Origin: Haliotis cracherodii
Lineage: Eukaryota
Assembly: GCF_022045235.1 (NCBI RefSeq)
Contig: NW_027266267.1
Coordinates: 33,356,001 to 33,420,000, forward strand
Length of the DNA: 64,000 nucleotides
Direction: 5' to 3'
Part shown: positions 1 to 13,427 of the stretch, in pieces
Layout: each line of letters begins with the position of its first letter
Position numbering within the stretch: position 1 is the stretch's first letter
Notes under the pieces: model-generated
Told to the model about the DNA's origin: nothing
Seen by the model: the letters and a program-made list of their open reading frames with translations, nothing else
Databases searched by the model: none
Position numbers and translations under genes: made by a program

Positions 1-1767
1 TGACATTCGAGTCAAATCTGGGATTCGACACAACGAATAGCGAATTTTGTAAAGGCTAATAAGGAATTAACTATATTATTCATATCATATGTTGTTTGTT
101 TGTTAGTTTGTTGTTTAACGCCGCACTCAGCAATATTACAGCTATATGACGGCGGTCTGTAAATAAGTCAAGTCCAATCCAAACTGACAAGTTCTTCAAC
201 ATTTCAACATGTGTCAGCAATACTGAGAAAGCTGTCTCCTTTGAATTTATAACCAGACATCACCATAAAAATATCACGTTTCACAATGTTCTAGATCCAG
301 AGAATACCCAGCCCTTATTATCTCAGCTCAGTGCAATTACGCTATTGAAGCTTGGGTTCCAACGAGTGTTTCGTTAAGTGGTACAAGAATGTGAGTTCAA
401 ATAATTTTTATAAGATCTTATCCTTATGATTCTCTCAGCTAATTTGTGGTCATCTAATACAATCTCTGTTTTCATTTTAGAGGTGTGCACACTCCACCGA
501 CACACCGACCAACCGACCCCTCTCTCTAACCCTCCAACCCTCTAAACCGTTTAAACAGTTTTGGTACTTGGTTTATCTTGACCTGGGATGCTTACAATAT
601 GACAACATCAACACCAAGCAAGAGCTTAAACATGTTCGTTCACTTTGTACATTTCTACAATCTTTGCTCGACTCTTGCTTGCTGCTGTATTTATTACAGC
701 AAAGTGATTAAATATTCAGGTAATCAAGTATTTAATGTCTAAATGTGTTTCGACCGACATCGCACGACGGTTGACATATGTTTTCTGACTCTTCTTGACT
801 CTTGATATAACTAGTGTTACGACGGTAGATATATGTAAATGTACCTTGTGTTGACTCGCAAGTGGTAGGGGGTAACTATTGATTGACACCAATAACTAGA
901 TTGCACACTTTTGGGATATTGAGCCCCTGACATGTGCTATATGTCATTAACGTGTAGAGTTAAAACACACAAAAGACTTTGTTACTTTTAGCGACATAAA
1001 TCCAAAACATGTTTACAGCTAAAAATGTTTAAAACTTTGTTTATACCACAGCACAATATTACGGTCTACAAATGTGGTAACATCTTATATACACCACACT
1101 TAAAATTCAGTATTGCAGGTTGGTTTTTTTAATAGTCAACACCATAGAAAAACCAGTCTCGAATATCCGCCAATGCAGATTGTATTGGACGGAACAGCAA
1201 ATAAGCCGTGAAAAGTATATGAATAGAACTCTGAAAATCAGTAAGAATGGTTAACACGTCCTGCCACTCACAAAACTTGCATAAACGTAAGCGTTGTAGG
1301 TTGCCTCCCATGCGATGGTTGTCTCAAAAGAGACCAGAGAATTAGGAAATGGATCAGACAGAAAAACGATAAAGCATTTACTACTTTTTGTTCAAACAAA
1401 ACACCGATATATTAATTTTCATTACATATTCATTACAAGTGCAGAAGTGTGTTTGGAACGCAGCATGGCTACATAGACACAATATTGTTTTTATGCCATG
1501 AGTAAAGATATTTCTCGGTTATATCTCGGTCATATTCATTTGTTGTTACTTTTGACAGTCTAGTCATACTGAACTTACGCGGATTGTGGTTTAAGGGACG
1601 TCCTCGTATGAAGAATCATGTGTATTTAGTTACAAATATAATCATATAGTACACTCCTTGGGTATTGAGAGCAAAAGTGTATTCATAAATATCCTGATAT
1701 ATGTCAGATTATGAGGTTAAGGTACCTGTATGTAGTCTTTGAATGATATTTGGAAGTGATACACACA

Positions 1768-2332
1768 AAGAAGAGAATTTATGGATGTCGACTTCTATGT
1801 TATGAGGAACACGACATTTCGGAGTTTTTACTTTCTCCTTCCTCGGGTGAATTTATGCTATGAAGCACAGAACATATATATGTACCTGTAAGAACAACAA
1901 AAGTAATAAAATAACAAAGGTGGAAACTAAACAAGGGAAGCCAACAGTTAATTGTCGCTGATTTAATAGCGGGTTTCAGGTCTAGTTTGTTGACAGGTCT
2001 GATGTTCTTTGAGTCTGGCGTTGTGGGATCTGAGGGTTTCTCCAATGTACTGGTGGCCACAGTTGCAGGGGATCTGGTATATACAATTATACATCCTCTG
2101 GGATAGGGACTTGTGCTGCTGGTGCCTATTTCATTGGCCCGATGATTGTAAACTGTTCTATTTGTCCATTGCTAATCATTTATCAGCGCCAAATAACTGT
2201 TGGATTCCCTAGTGAAGTTTCCACCTTTATTATCGTATTACTTTGTTGTTCTGCTTCAAAGAGAAAGTATTTTACTCCCAAACGTTGTGTTCCTCAGAAT
2301 AAAGAAGTTGACGACCATAAATTCTTTTCCTT
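1768..2332 (-). mobile_element. Penelope-like element remnant: GIY-YIG endonuclease fragment between inverted terminal (pLTR) repeats
   Basis: Minus strand reads NCIYQIPCNCGHQYIGETLRSHNARLKEHQ (~2095-2000). 1768-1850 and ~2255-2332 are inverted copies of the same terminal sequence. Confidence 0.8.
1810..1849 (-). ncRNA. Degenerate minimal hammerhead-ribozyme motif in a Penelope terminal repeat
   Basis: cac-CCGAGGA-a-ggag[aaagtaaaaa]ctcc-GAAA-tgtc-gtg: stems I and II are intact, and the core deviates from CUGANGA...GAAAC at two positions. Confidence 0.55.
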
Positions 2333-4131
2333 TTATACCTTGTGTCTTGAGATTAAGTCCACAGTATCATCTGATAATCCATTTTGAGGGGGGATCGGCT
2401 ATTTTGATCTTGTTAACGTTGCGCACATTTTTTGTTTGTTTCTTCGTATATGCTATAGGGCTTAACCAAGCATACCCAGATTCAGTAATGAAAGTTGTAT
2501 GTGCAATTGTAGCATTTTTAATACTATTTATGTATTGATTTAGAACGTGACCTTCAAAGTGATATTGACCTTCAAATGTATCTCCTAGGTGGTTTAAATA
2601 ATAATTGATTTTAGGCAAACCTTTAATTAGATCCTTCGTAGAAAAGGTATTTGCAAACAGTGATATGTATGTGTTGTATAAGTCTATTTTTAATGAAATT
2701 AGCAATGGAAATATGAAAAGTGCACATTTTGACAAAATGGGTGTTGGGGTAACATATTACCATTTTTTTTAAATTCTAGAAGCTACATGGAATATAAACA
2801 CTGTCGTCTCGTCATAAGACGTGTCGGATCATTTTGAGATCAAATGTTTTGGTTGATAATACTGATATTTCATTACCGCTCATTTTCCAATAGTTGGAAA
2901 TAGAGCAAAATTTACCATATTTTGGCTTATGTTTACTAATATCTCAATTTGTGAGAAGCTATAATTAAAAAGATAATGATAATTCAAGTCTAATATGTGT
3001 TAACTATTACATAAATGATAAACATAAGGACTCATTGCATGCACTACCTTTTAAGGGGACTTTATTTAATTTTCTCTATTTTTTTACAAAACAAAAGTGC
3101 ATTTTGACCCCCAAAACAGTATCTGACGCCAAAACATTTGACCACAACCATCATTTTCTAGTCCGTTGGATACAAAAACATAAGGGAAATCTAAGTATGT
3201 TTTGTTCTACTAATGGGAGGGGTAGGTCGGCAGTGTGTGTGTCTGGCCACTACTCTAATAGATAAAGGTTAAAAAAATAACAGCGTTTTTGATTCCTGAC
3301 ATCAACATAATATTACTAACAGCACATTCTATTCCCTAACAGCCGCCGTTTTGGTTGACTCTTTGGGGCTTTAATTTCAGGAAGAATATTATTTCACTTT
3401 CAATATTATTTATTTGATATAAATTTATTATATTTATATAATTTGTTAACGTGACGGTAACACGATGTGCTGCTTTTCCGTGGGACGAGAGGTTGGCCAC
3501 ATGGCCGCAAAAGTGAAGTTCATGAGTGTATAAACGACACATTTTGACGTTCATACTTTTTTCAGGAGACTATTCTTAAAATGACGTAAACACAGACGCA
3601 CTACATTCACATGTTTTATATGCAATAAAGGCCCAAGTGTTCATAATAATCGAATAAAAAGTAACTAAGAACCTTAGGGAATTTAACATTTTATATACAT
3701 AAGCAATAACAAATACAAGGGGGCAGTACTTCAATCAGAGACCTTATCACAGAAGATTATTATGCAAGTATGTTTTCTTCACCACAAATGAATTTTCTTG
3801 TTGTCCTGAAGTTACATCTTTTGAATATAATTTCAAAGTATTTGTACTCATCAACATTCTCAAGGGTGACGAAAACAAGAAGTATTTTGCATTTGTCAGT
3901 GTTGCTTTACTCGGGTGGCATCATAAAGTTTGTCCAAACTATGATGTGTATTATCTGTGTCCAATGAAACGACATCCTCCAGTACTGTATGGTCCATCTT
4001 CTGGTCTTCTTCTGATGCAATTCTGTGTGAGTATCCATCTTCTGTACCAAGTTATAAACTCTAACAACAGAATGTAACAACGGAAATTGCACATCGGTCG
4101 AATCCTTAACATGTTACAACAACTCATGGAG

Positions 4132-6192
4132 CAAGATGTCCCAATGCATATGTCTGTCACAACAACAAATGAGTCAAGATGTTCCTGAACAGATGCCTTT
4201 CACAACAACGCATAGACAAGATGTTCCTACACATACGTTTCTCACAACCACCTTCAGACAAGATGATCCTTCACAGAAGTCTTTCACAACAAAGCATACA
4301 CAAGGTAATCCTAAAATTATGTCCGTCACAACCATCTATAGACAAGATGTTCCTGAAAAGATGTATGTCACGACAACGCATAGTGAGTGAGTGAGTATGG
4401 TTTTACGCCGCTTTTAGCAATATTCCAGCAATATCACCGCGGGGGACACCAGAAATGGGCTTCACACACTGTACCCATGTCGGTAATCGAACGAAGGTCT
4501 TCAGCGTGACGAGGGAACGCTTTGACCACGAGGCTACCCCACCACCCCCACAACATCGCATAGACAAGATGTTCCTACACGAATTTCTCTCACAATAACG
4601 CATACACAAGATGTTCCTGAACAGATGTCTTTCACGACAACGCATAGACAAGATGTTTCTGAACAGATGTCTTTCACAACAACGCATATACAAGATGTTC
4701 CTACACAGATGTCTGTCACAACAACGCATAGACAAGATGTTTCTGAACAGATGTCTTTCACAACAACGCATAGAAAAGATGTTCCTACACGAATGTCTGT
4801 CACAACAACGCATAGAAAAGATGTTCCAACACAGATGTCTGTCACAACAACGCATAGACAAGATGTTCCTATACGAATGTCTGTCACAACAACGCATAGA
4901 CAAGATGTTCCTACACGAATGTATATGGCAACAACGCATAGACAAGATGTTCCAACACGAATGTCTGTCACAACAACGCATAGACAAGATGTTCCTATAC
5001 GAATGTCTGTCACAACAACGTATAGACAAGATGTTCCTATACGAATGTCTGTCACAACAACGCATGGAAAAGATGTTCCTACACAGATGTCTGTCACAAC
5101 AACGCATAGATAAGATGTTCCTGAAGAGATATCTGTCACAATAACGCATAGACAAGATGTTCCTACACAGATGTCTGTCACAACAACACATAGACAAGAT
5201 GTTCCTACACGAATGTCTGTCACAACAACGCATAGACAAGATGTTCCTGAAGAGATGTCTGTCACAATAGCGCATAGACTAGATGTTCCTACACGAATGT
5301 CTGTCACAACAACGAATAGACAAGATGTTCCTGAACAGACGTCTGTCACAACAACGCATAGACAAGATGTTTCTGAAGAGATGTCTGTCACAATTACACA
5401 TAGACAAGATGTTCCTACACAGATGTCTGTCACAACAACGCATAGACAAGATGTTCCTACACGAATGTCTGTCGCAACAACGCATAGACAAGATGTTCCT
5501 ACACAGATGTCTGTCACAACAACGCATAGATAAGATGTTCCTGAAGAGATATCTGTCACAATAACGCATAGACAAGATGTTCCTACACAGATGTCTGTCA
5601 CAACAACACATAGACAAGATGTTCCTACACGAATGTCTGTCACAACAACGCATAGACAAGATGTTCCTGAAGAGATGTCTGTCACAATAGCGCATAGACT
5701 AGATGTTCCTACACGAATGTCTGTCACAACAACGAATAGACAAGATGTTCCTGAACAGACGTCTGTCACAACAATGCATAGACAAGATGTTTCTGAAGAG
5801 ATGTCTGTCACAATTACACATAGACAAGATGTTCCTACACAGATGTCTGTCACAACAACGCATAGACAAGATGTTCCTACACGAATGTCTGTCGCAACAA
5901 CGCATAGACAAGATGTTCCTACACGAATGTCTATCACAACAACGCATAGACAAGATGTTCCTGAACAGACGTCTGTTACAACAACGCACATACTAGATGT
6001 TCCTGAAGAGATGTCTGTCACAACGACGTATAGACAAGATGTTCCTACACGAATGTCTGTCACAACAATGCATAGACAAGAACATCAACACATAAGTCAA
6101 GATGTTCCTTCAAAGATATCTGCAACAAGAACACATGAGGCAAGATGTTCCTACACAGATGTCTGTAACATCAACACATGAGGCAAGATCTT
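4132..6192. repeat. 42-bp minisatellite (AGATGTCTGTCACAACAACGCATAGACAAGATGTTCCTACAC)n, ~45 copies
   Basis: Read directly; translates as 14-aa repeats (MSVTTTHRQDVPTQ). Lines at 5101 and 5521 are identical, giving a 420-bp higher-order repeat. Interrupted by a SINE at 4384-4548. Confidence 0.95.
4384..4548 (-). mobile_element. SINE family 2, inserted in the 42-bp minisatellite
   Basis: Reverse complement aligns with 43771-43937; B box gttcgattac; ~15-bp duplicated repeat sequence on the flanks. Confidence 0.9.
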
Positions 6193-6193
6193 C

Positions 6194-6459
6194 CTAAACG
6201 GCACAGTCCCTGTGCATATACATCCAGTTAGTTTGTCCCCTTTCTCGATCGATCTTGTCGACATCGAGATAGCCAACGGCTTGCAAGGAACATGTTCCAT
6301 CATTATGAAACGTATCCACACTTTGGCACAAGAAGTTGGCCTCAGTCACACACGCCTTCACACACTCCTGGGTGGTCATGTGCTTTTTGGTAATTTCATT
6401 GTGCTTAGTTATCGCCAGTCCTGGGTATAACGACATGCTGTTCCCATACTTGGTGCAAC
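6194..6459 (-). CDS. Gene 1 exon 3 (terminal): PAN/apple domain
   Basis: Acceptor ttctctcatatcag|, phase 1. Reads RCTKYGNSMSLYPGLAITKHNE...TQECVKACVTEANFLCQSVD...GTCSL...WMYMHRDCAV* (PAN pattern C-x3-C-x7-C-x-S...C-x-L). Exon sum 289+126+266=681 nt = 226 aa + stop. Confidence 0.85.
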
Positions 6460-6499
6460 CTGATATGAGAGAACATCAGTTTAAAAATTATCAAGGAGA

Positions 6500-9400
6500 A
6501 AGTATGAATGTGACAGATGGAGGAGATAGTTTGCGTGTGGCAGGTGGAGGAGATGGTGTGAGTGTGACGTGTGGAGGAGGTGTGAGTGTGGCAGGTGAAG
6601 GAGATTGTTTGCGTGTGTCAGGTGAAGGAGATGGTGTGAGTGTGACGTGTGGAGGAGATGGTGTGAGTATGACGTGTGGAGGAGGTGCAGTGTGTGCGGC
6701 AGGTGGAGGAGGTGGCATGAGTGTGGCAGGTGAAGGTGGTGTAAGTGTGACGTGTGGAGGAGATGGTGTGAGTATGACGGTTGAAGGAGTTGGTGTGAGT
6801 ATGACGGATGGAGGAGATGGTATGAGTGTGACGGATTTAGGAGATGGTGGAAGTCTAACGTGTGGAGCAGATGACATGAGTATGGCGGATTGAGGGGATG
6901 GTATGAGTGTGACGGATGGAAGAGATGGTATGCGTGAGACGGATGGAGGAGATGGTGTGAGCGTGGTTGGTGAAGGAGATAGTATGAGTATGACGTGTGG
7001 AGGAGATGTGTGAGTATGACGTGTGAAAGAGGTGGCATGAGTGTGGTAGGTGGAGCAGGTGGTGTGAGTGTGACGTGCGGAGGAGATGGTGTGAGTGTGA
7101 CGTGTGGAGGAGATGGTGTGAGTGTTGCGTGTGGAGGTGGTTTCAGTGTGACGTGTGGAAGAGATGGTGTGTGTATGAAGTGTGAAGGAGACATGTGAGT
7201 ATGGCGTGTGGATGTGGTGTGAGTGTGACGTGTGGAGGAGATGGTGTGAGTGTGACGTGTGGAGGAGGTGGTGTGAGTGTTGCGTGTGGAGGTGGTGTGA
7301 GTGTGACGTGTGGAGGAGATGGTGTGAGTGTGACGTGTGGTGGAGATGTGTGAGTGTGACGTGTGGGGGAGATGGTGTGGGTGTGGCAGGTATGGGAGTT
7401 GGTGTTGAGTGTGGTAGGTGGAGGAAATAGTGTGAGTGTGGCAGGTGGAGGACATGGCATCAGTGTGACAGGTGGAGGAAATGGTGTGAGTGTGACGTTT
7501 AGATGTGGTGTGAGTGTGGTAGGTGGAGGAGATGGTGTGAATGTGGCATGTGAATGTGGTGTGAGTGTGTCGTGTGGAGGAGATGGTGTGAGTGTGACGT
7601 GTGGAGGAAATGGAAAGTGTGGCAGGTGGAGATGGTGGCATGAGTATGGAAGGTGGAGTCGGTGTGTGTGTGACGTGTGGAGGAGATGGTTTGAGTATGA
7701 CGTGTGGAGGAGATGGTGTGAGTGTGACGTGTGGAGGAGATGGTGTGAGTGTGACGTGTGGAGGAGATGGTGTGAGTGTGACGTGTGAAGGAGATGGTGT
7801 CAGTATGACGTGTGGAGGAAATGGTGTGAGTATGACGGTTGAAGGAGTTGGTGTGAGTATGACGGATGGAGGAAATGGTATGAGTGTGACGTATGGAGGA
7901 GAAGGTATGAGTGTGACGAATGGAGGAGAGGTAATAAGTGTGACGGATGAAGTTGACACAAGTATGACGGATGGAGGAGATGGTATGAATGTTACAGGTG
8001 GATGAGATAGTATGATTGTGATAGATGGAGGAGATGTGTAATAGTGACGGAGGTGGTGTGAGTGTGACGTGTGGAGGAGATGGTGTGAGTGTGACGTGTG
8101 GAAGAGGTGGTGTGAGTGTGGCAGGTTGGAGAATTAGTGTGAGTGTGGCAGGTGGAGGAGATGACATCAGTGTGGCAGGTGGAGGAGATGGTGTGAGTGT
8201 GACGTGTGGAGGTGGTGTGGGTGTGACGTGTGGAGGTGGTGTGAGTGTGACGTGTGGAGGAGATAGTGTCAGTATGACGTGTGGAGGAAATGGTGTGCGT
8301 ATGACGGGTGAAGGAGTTGGTGTGAGTGTGACGGATGGAAGTGATGGTATGCGTGAGACGGATGGAGGAGATGGTGTGAGCGTTGTGGGTGAAGGATATA
8401 GTATGAATATGACGTGTGGAGATGTGTGAGTATTACTTGTGGAGGAGGTGGCATGAGTATGGTAGGTGGAGGAGGTAGTGTGAGTATGACGGATGGAGGA
8501 GATGGTGTGAGTATGACGTGTGGAGGATATGCTGCGAGTATGACGGGTGAAGGAGGTGGTGTGAGTATGACGGATGGAGGAAATGGTATGAGTGTGACGT
8601 GTGGAGGAGAAGGTATTTCTGTGACGGATGGAGGAGATGGTGTGAGTGTGACGGTTGGTGGAGATGGTATGAGTGTGACGATTGTTGGAGACGGTATGAG
8701 TGTGACGGTTGGTGGAGACGGTATGGGTGTGACGGATGGAGGAGATGGTATGAGTGTGACGGTTGGTGGAGATGGTATAAGTGTGACGGTTGGTGGAGGT
8801 GGTATGAGTGTGACGGTTGGTGGAGACGGTATGAGTGTGACGGATGGAGGAGATGGGATGATTGTGACGGATGGAGATGGGATGAGTGACGGATGGAGGA
8901 GATGGGATGAGTGTGACGGATGGAGGAGATGGGATGAGTGTGACGGATGGAGGAGATGGGATGAGTGTGACGGATGGAAGAGATGTGTGCGTGTGACGGT
9001 TGGAGGTGATGATATGAATGTGACAGGTGGAGGAGATGTTATGAGTGTGAGGGAATGATGCTGTGGGATGAGTATGAGAAATGTGTGGGGCGGAGGTGGA
9101 GTGTGACGGTTGGTGGAGATGGTATAAGTGTGACGGTTGGTGGAGGTGGTATGAGTGTGACGGTTGGTGGAGACGGTATGAGTGTGACGGATGGAGGAGA
9201 TGGTATGAGTGTGACGGATCGAGGAGATGGTATAACTGTGACGGTTAGAGGAGATTGTATAAGTGTGACAGATGGAGGAGATGGTTGAAGTCTGACGGGT
9301 GGAAGATTTACATGCGTATGACGGATGGAGGGGATGGTATGAGTGTGACGGATTGAGGAAATGGTATGCGTGGGACGGATGGAGGAGATGGTTTGAGCGC

Positions 9401-12400
9401 GGCGGATAAAGGAGATAGTATGAGTATGACGTGTGGAGGAGATGTGTGAGTATGACGTGTGTGTGAGTATGACGTGTGAAGGAGATGTGTGAGTATGACG
9501 TGTGTGTGAGTATGACGTGTGAAGGAGATGTGTGAGTATGACGTGTGTGTGAGTATGACGTGTGGAGGAGATGTGTGAGTATGACGTGTGTGTGAGTATG
9601 ACGTGTGGAGGAGATGTGTGAGTATGACGTGTGTGTGAGTATGACGTGTGAAGGAGGTGGCATGAGTGTTGTAGGTGGAGGAGGTGGTGTGAGTGTGACG
9701 GATGGAAGAGATGGTATGCGTGAGTACGGATGGAGGAGATGGTGTGAGCGTGGCAGATAAAGGAGATAGTATGAGTATGACTTGTGGAGGAGATGTGTGA
9801 GTATGACGTGTGTGTGAGTATGACGTGTGTAGGAGGTGGCATGAGTGTTGTAGGTGGAGCAGGTGGTGTGAGTGTGACGGATGGAAGAGATGGTATGCGT
9901 GAGACGGATGGAGGAGATGGTGTGAGAATGGGGGATAGAGGAGATAGTATGAGTATGACGTGTGGAGGATTTGTGTGAGTATGACGTGTGTAGGAGGTGG
10001 CATGAGTTTTGTAGGTGGAGGAGGTGGTGTGAGTATGACGGTTGGAGGAGATGTTGTTAGTATGACGTGTGGAGGATATGGTGTGAGTATGACGGGTGAA
10101 GAAGATGGTATGAGTGTGACGAATGGAGGAGATGGTATAAGTGTGACGGATGGAGGAGATGGTGTGAGTGTGACGGATGAAGAAGATGGTATAAGTGTGA
10201 CGGATGAAGAAGATGGTATGAGTGTGACGAATGGAGGAGATGGTATAAGTGTGACGGATGAAGAAGATGAGGCAAGAATGACGGATGGAGGAGATGGTAT
10301 GAATGTGGCAGGTGGAGGAGATGGTATGAGTCTGACAGATGGAGGAGATGGTGTGAATGTGCCATGTGGAGGACATGGTGTGAGTGTGACGTGTGGAGGA
10401 GGTGGTGTGAGTGTGGCAAGTGGAGGAATTAGTGTGAGTGTGGCAGGTGGAGGAGATGGTGTGAGTGTGACGTGTGGAGGTGGTGTGAGTGTGACGTGTG
10501 GAGTAGAAGGTGTGAGTGTGACGTGTGGAGGGATGGTGTGAGTGTTGCGTGTGGAGGTGGTGTGAGTGTGACGTGTGGAGGAGATGGTGTGAGTGTGACG
10601 TGTGGTGGAGATGTGTGAGTGTGACGTTTGGAGGAGATGGGGTGGGTTTGGCAGGTGTGGGAGATATGGTGTGAGTGTGGCAGTTGGAGGAAATAGTGTG
10701 AGTGTGGCAGATGGAGGAGATGGCATCAGTTTGGCAGGTGGAGGAGATAGTGTGAGTGTGACGTGTGGAGGAGATGGTATGAGTGTGACGGATGGAGGAG
10801 ATGGTGTGAGTGTGACGGATGGAGGAGATGGAATGAGTCTGACGGATGGAGGAGATGGTGTGAGTGTGACGTGTGGTGGAGATGTGTGAGTGTGCCGTGT
10901 GGAGGAGATGGTGTGAGTGTGACGTGTGGAGGAGGTGGTGTGGATGTGGCAAGTGGAGGAATTAGTGTGAGTGTGGCAGGTGGAGGAGATGGCATCAGTG
11001 TGGCAGGTGGAGGAGAGTGTGTGAATGTGATGTGTGGAGGTGGTGTGAGTGTGACGTGAGGAGGAAGTGGTGTGAGTGTTGCGTGTGGAGGTGGTGTGAG
11101 TGTGACGTGTGGAGGAGATGGTGTGAGTGTGACGTGTGGAGTAGATGGTGTGAGTGTGACGTGTGGAGGAGATGGTGTGGGTGTGGCAGGTATGGGAGGT
11201 GGTGTGAGTGTGGCAAGTGGAGGAAATAGCGTGAGTGTGGCAGGTGGAGGAGATGGCATCAGTGTGACAGGTGGAGGAGATGGTGTGAATGTGATGTGTG
11301 GAGGAGATGGTGTGAGTGTGACATGTGGAGGAGATGGTGTGGGTGTGGCAGGTATGGGAGGTGGTGTGAGTGTTGCAGGTGGAGGACATAGTGTGAGTGT
11401 GGCAGGTGGAGGAGATGGCATAAGTGTGACAGGTGGAGGAGATGGTGTGGTGTGACGTGTGGAGGAGATGGTGTGAGTGTGACGTGTGGAGATGTGTGAG
11501 TGTGACGTGTGATGGAGATGGTGTGAGTGTGACGTGTGGAGGAGATGGTGCGGGTGTGGCAGATGTGGGAGGTGGTGTGAGTGTGACGGATGGAGGAGAT
11601 TGTATAAGTGTGACGGATGGAGGAGACGATATGAGTGTGACGGATGGAGGAGATGGTGTGAGTGTTACAGATGAAGGAGATGGTATAAGTGTGACGGATG
11701 GAGGAGACGGTGTGAGTGTGACGGATGAAGGAGATGGTATAAGTGTGACGGATGGAGGAGACTGTATAAGTGTGACGGATGAAGGAGATGGTATGTGTGT
11801 GACGGATGGAGGAGATGGTGTGAGTGTGACGGATGAAGGAGGTGGTTTAAGTGTGACGGATGGAAGAGATGGTGTGATGGTGACGGATGAAGGAGATGGT
11901 GTGAGTGTGACGGATGGAGGAGATGGTGTGAGTGTGACGGATGGAGGAGATAGTGTGTATGTGACGGATGAAGGAGGTGGTATGAGTGTGACGGATTGAG
12001 GAGACGGTATGAGTGTGACGGATAGAGGAGATAGTGTGAGTGTGACGGATGAAAGAGGTGGTATGAGTGTGACGAATGGAGGAGACGGTATGAGTGTGAC
12101 GGATGGAGGAGATAGTGTGAGTGTGACGGATGGAGGAGACGGTATGAGTGTGACGGATGGAGGAGATAGTGTGAGTGTGACGGATGAAGGAGGTGGTATG
12201 AGTGTGACGGTTTGTGGAGACGGTGTGAGTGTGACGGATGGTTGAGTGGTATGAGTGCGACGAATGGAGGAGATCACATGAGTGTGACGGATGAAGGAGA
12301 TGGTATGTGTGTGACGGATGAATGGAATGGAATGAGTATGGAGGAGATGATGTGAGTGTGACGGATGAAGGAGGAGATTACATGAGTATGACGGACGGAG

Positions 12401-13000
12401 GAGACGGTATGAGTGTGACGGATGGAGGATATGGTGTGAGTGTGAGGGGTGGAGGAGATGGTGTGAGTGTGACGGATGAAGAAGGGAGTATGTGTTTGTC
12501 GGATGCAGGACACGGTAAGAGTGTGACGGATGGAGGAGATAGTGTGAGAGTGACGGATCAAGGAGGTGGTATTAGTCTGACGGATGGAGGAGATGGGATG
12601 AGTGTGACGGATGGAGGAGATGGGATGATTGTGACGGATGGAGGAGATGGGATGAGTGTGACGGATGGAGGAGATGGGATGAGTGTGACGGATGGAGGAG
12701 ATGGGATGAGTGTGACGGATGGAGGAGATGGGATGAGTGTGACGGATAGAGGAGATGGGATGATTGTGACGGATGGAGATGGGATGAGTGTGACGGATAG
12801 AGGAGATGGGATGAGTGTGACGGATGGAGGAGATGGGATGAGTGTGACGGATGGAGGAGATGGGATGAGTGTGACGGATGGAAGAGATGTGTGCGTGTGA
12901 CGGTTGGAGGTGATGATATGAATGTGACAGGTGGAGGAGATGTTATGAGTGTGAGGGAATGATGCTGTGGGATGAGTATGAGAAATGTGTGGGGCGGAGG
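6500..13000. repeat. G/T-rich ~27-bp minisatellite (GTGAGTGTGACGTGTGGAGGAGATGGT / ...GACGGATGGAGGAGATGGT)n filling intron 2 of gene 1
   Basis: Read directly; 9-aa periodicity VSVT(C/D)GGDG with many shorter variants. + strand is strongly C-depleted. Confidence 0.95.
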
Positions 13001-13301
13001 GGAAAAGTAGTGAATACGATGTACATGCATGTGCTGTGCTATGTCGCCCTGTAAAGGCACATACTTGAGAAGGACAGGTGATCATATACGTAATACGGTA
13101 ATTCAGTTCCAGTAGGTCAACGCAATTACTCTAAAGTATGCGTCGCGCTGATAACGAACACATTCTTAACATTCACTGGGTGATTGATGAGTCTACGAAT
13201 TACGAATAAAATGACAGTGGGGGTAACTTTCTTGCTTAAACAAATCTGGTGTCGTTGAGACCAACCACATGATCCTAGTGTGATGTGGGGAAGAAACGTA
13301 C

Positions 13302-13427
13302 GTTGGAGGCAGGTGTCGTCTCGGGGGTTGTAGTTGTAACCGGGGACGCATTTACACGTCCCGTTGAAACACACTGACTTCTCGACGTGACAGTCATCGT
13401 TCTCAGTACAAGCGGAGCCGATGTGCC
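13302..13427 (-). CDS. Gene 1 exon 2: EB/EGF-like Cys-rich module
   Basis: Acceptor ttcgtcttgcacag|, donor |gtacgt, 126 bp, phase 1-1. Encodes GHIGSACTENDDCHVEKSVCFNGTCKCVPGYNYNPRDDTCLQ. Confidence 0.85.

Noticed and set aside
2380-4130. AT-rich stretch with possible non-autonomous DNA transposon pieces and short ORFs
   Set aside because: I could not identify matching termini or protein motifs with enough confidence to call anything.
4403-6181. Cys-rich and Thr-rich repeat ORFs (e.g. MRCCDRH..., MSVTTTHRQDVPT...)
   Set aside because: Products of the 42-bp minisatellite, open in several frames on both strands, with scattered stops and a SINE insertion.
4132-6192. CRISPR-like regular repeats
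   Set aside because: No unique spacers and no cas genes; the context is eukaryotic. The same applies to the other arrays.
9308-12277. 989-aa Pro/Ser/Thr-rich extensin- or mucin-like ORF and overlapping long ORFs
   Set aside because: The translation drifts among all three repeat registers (PSPPSVTLI, HTHTISST, SHSHHLLH), so frame is not conserved. The C/A-rich strand is intrinsically stop-poor, and the region lies in a gene 1 intron whose flanking exons join in frame without it.
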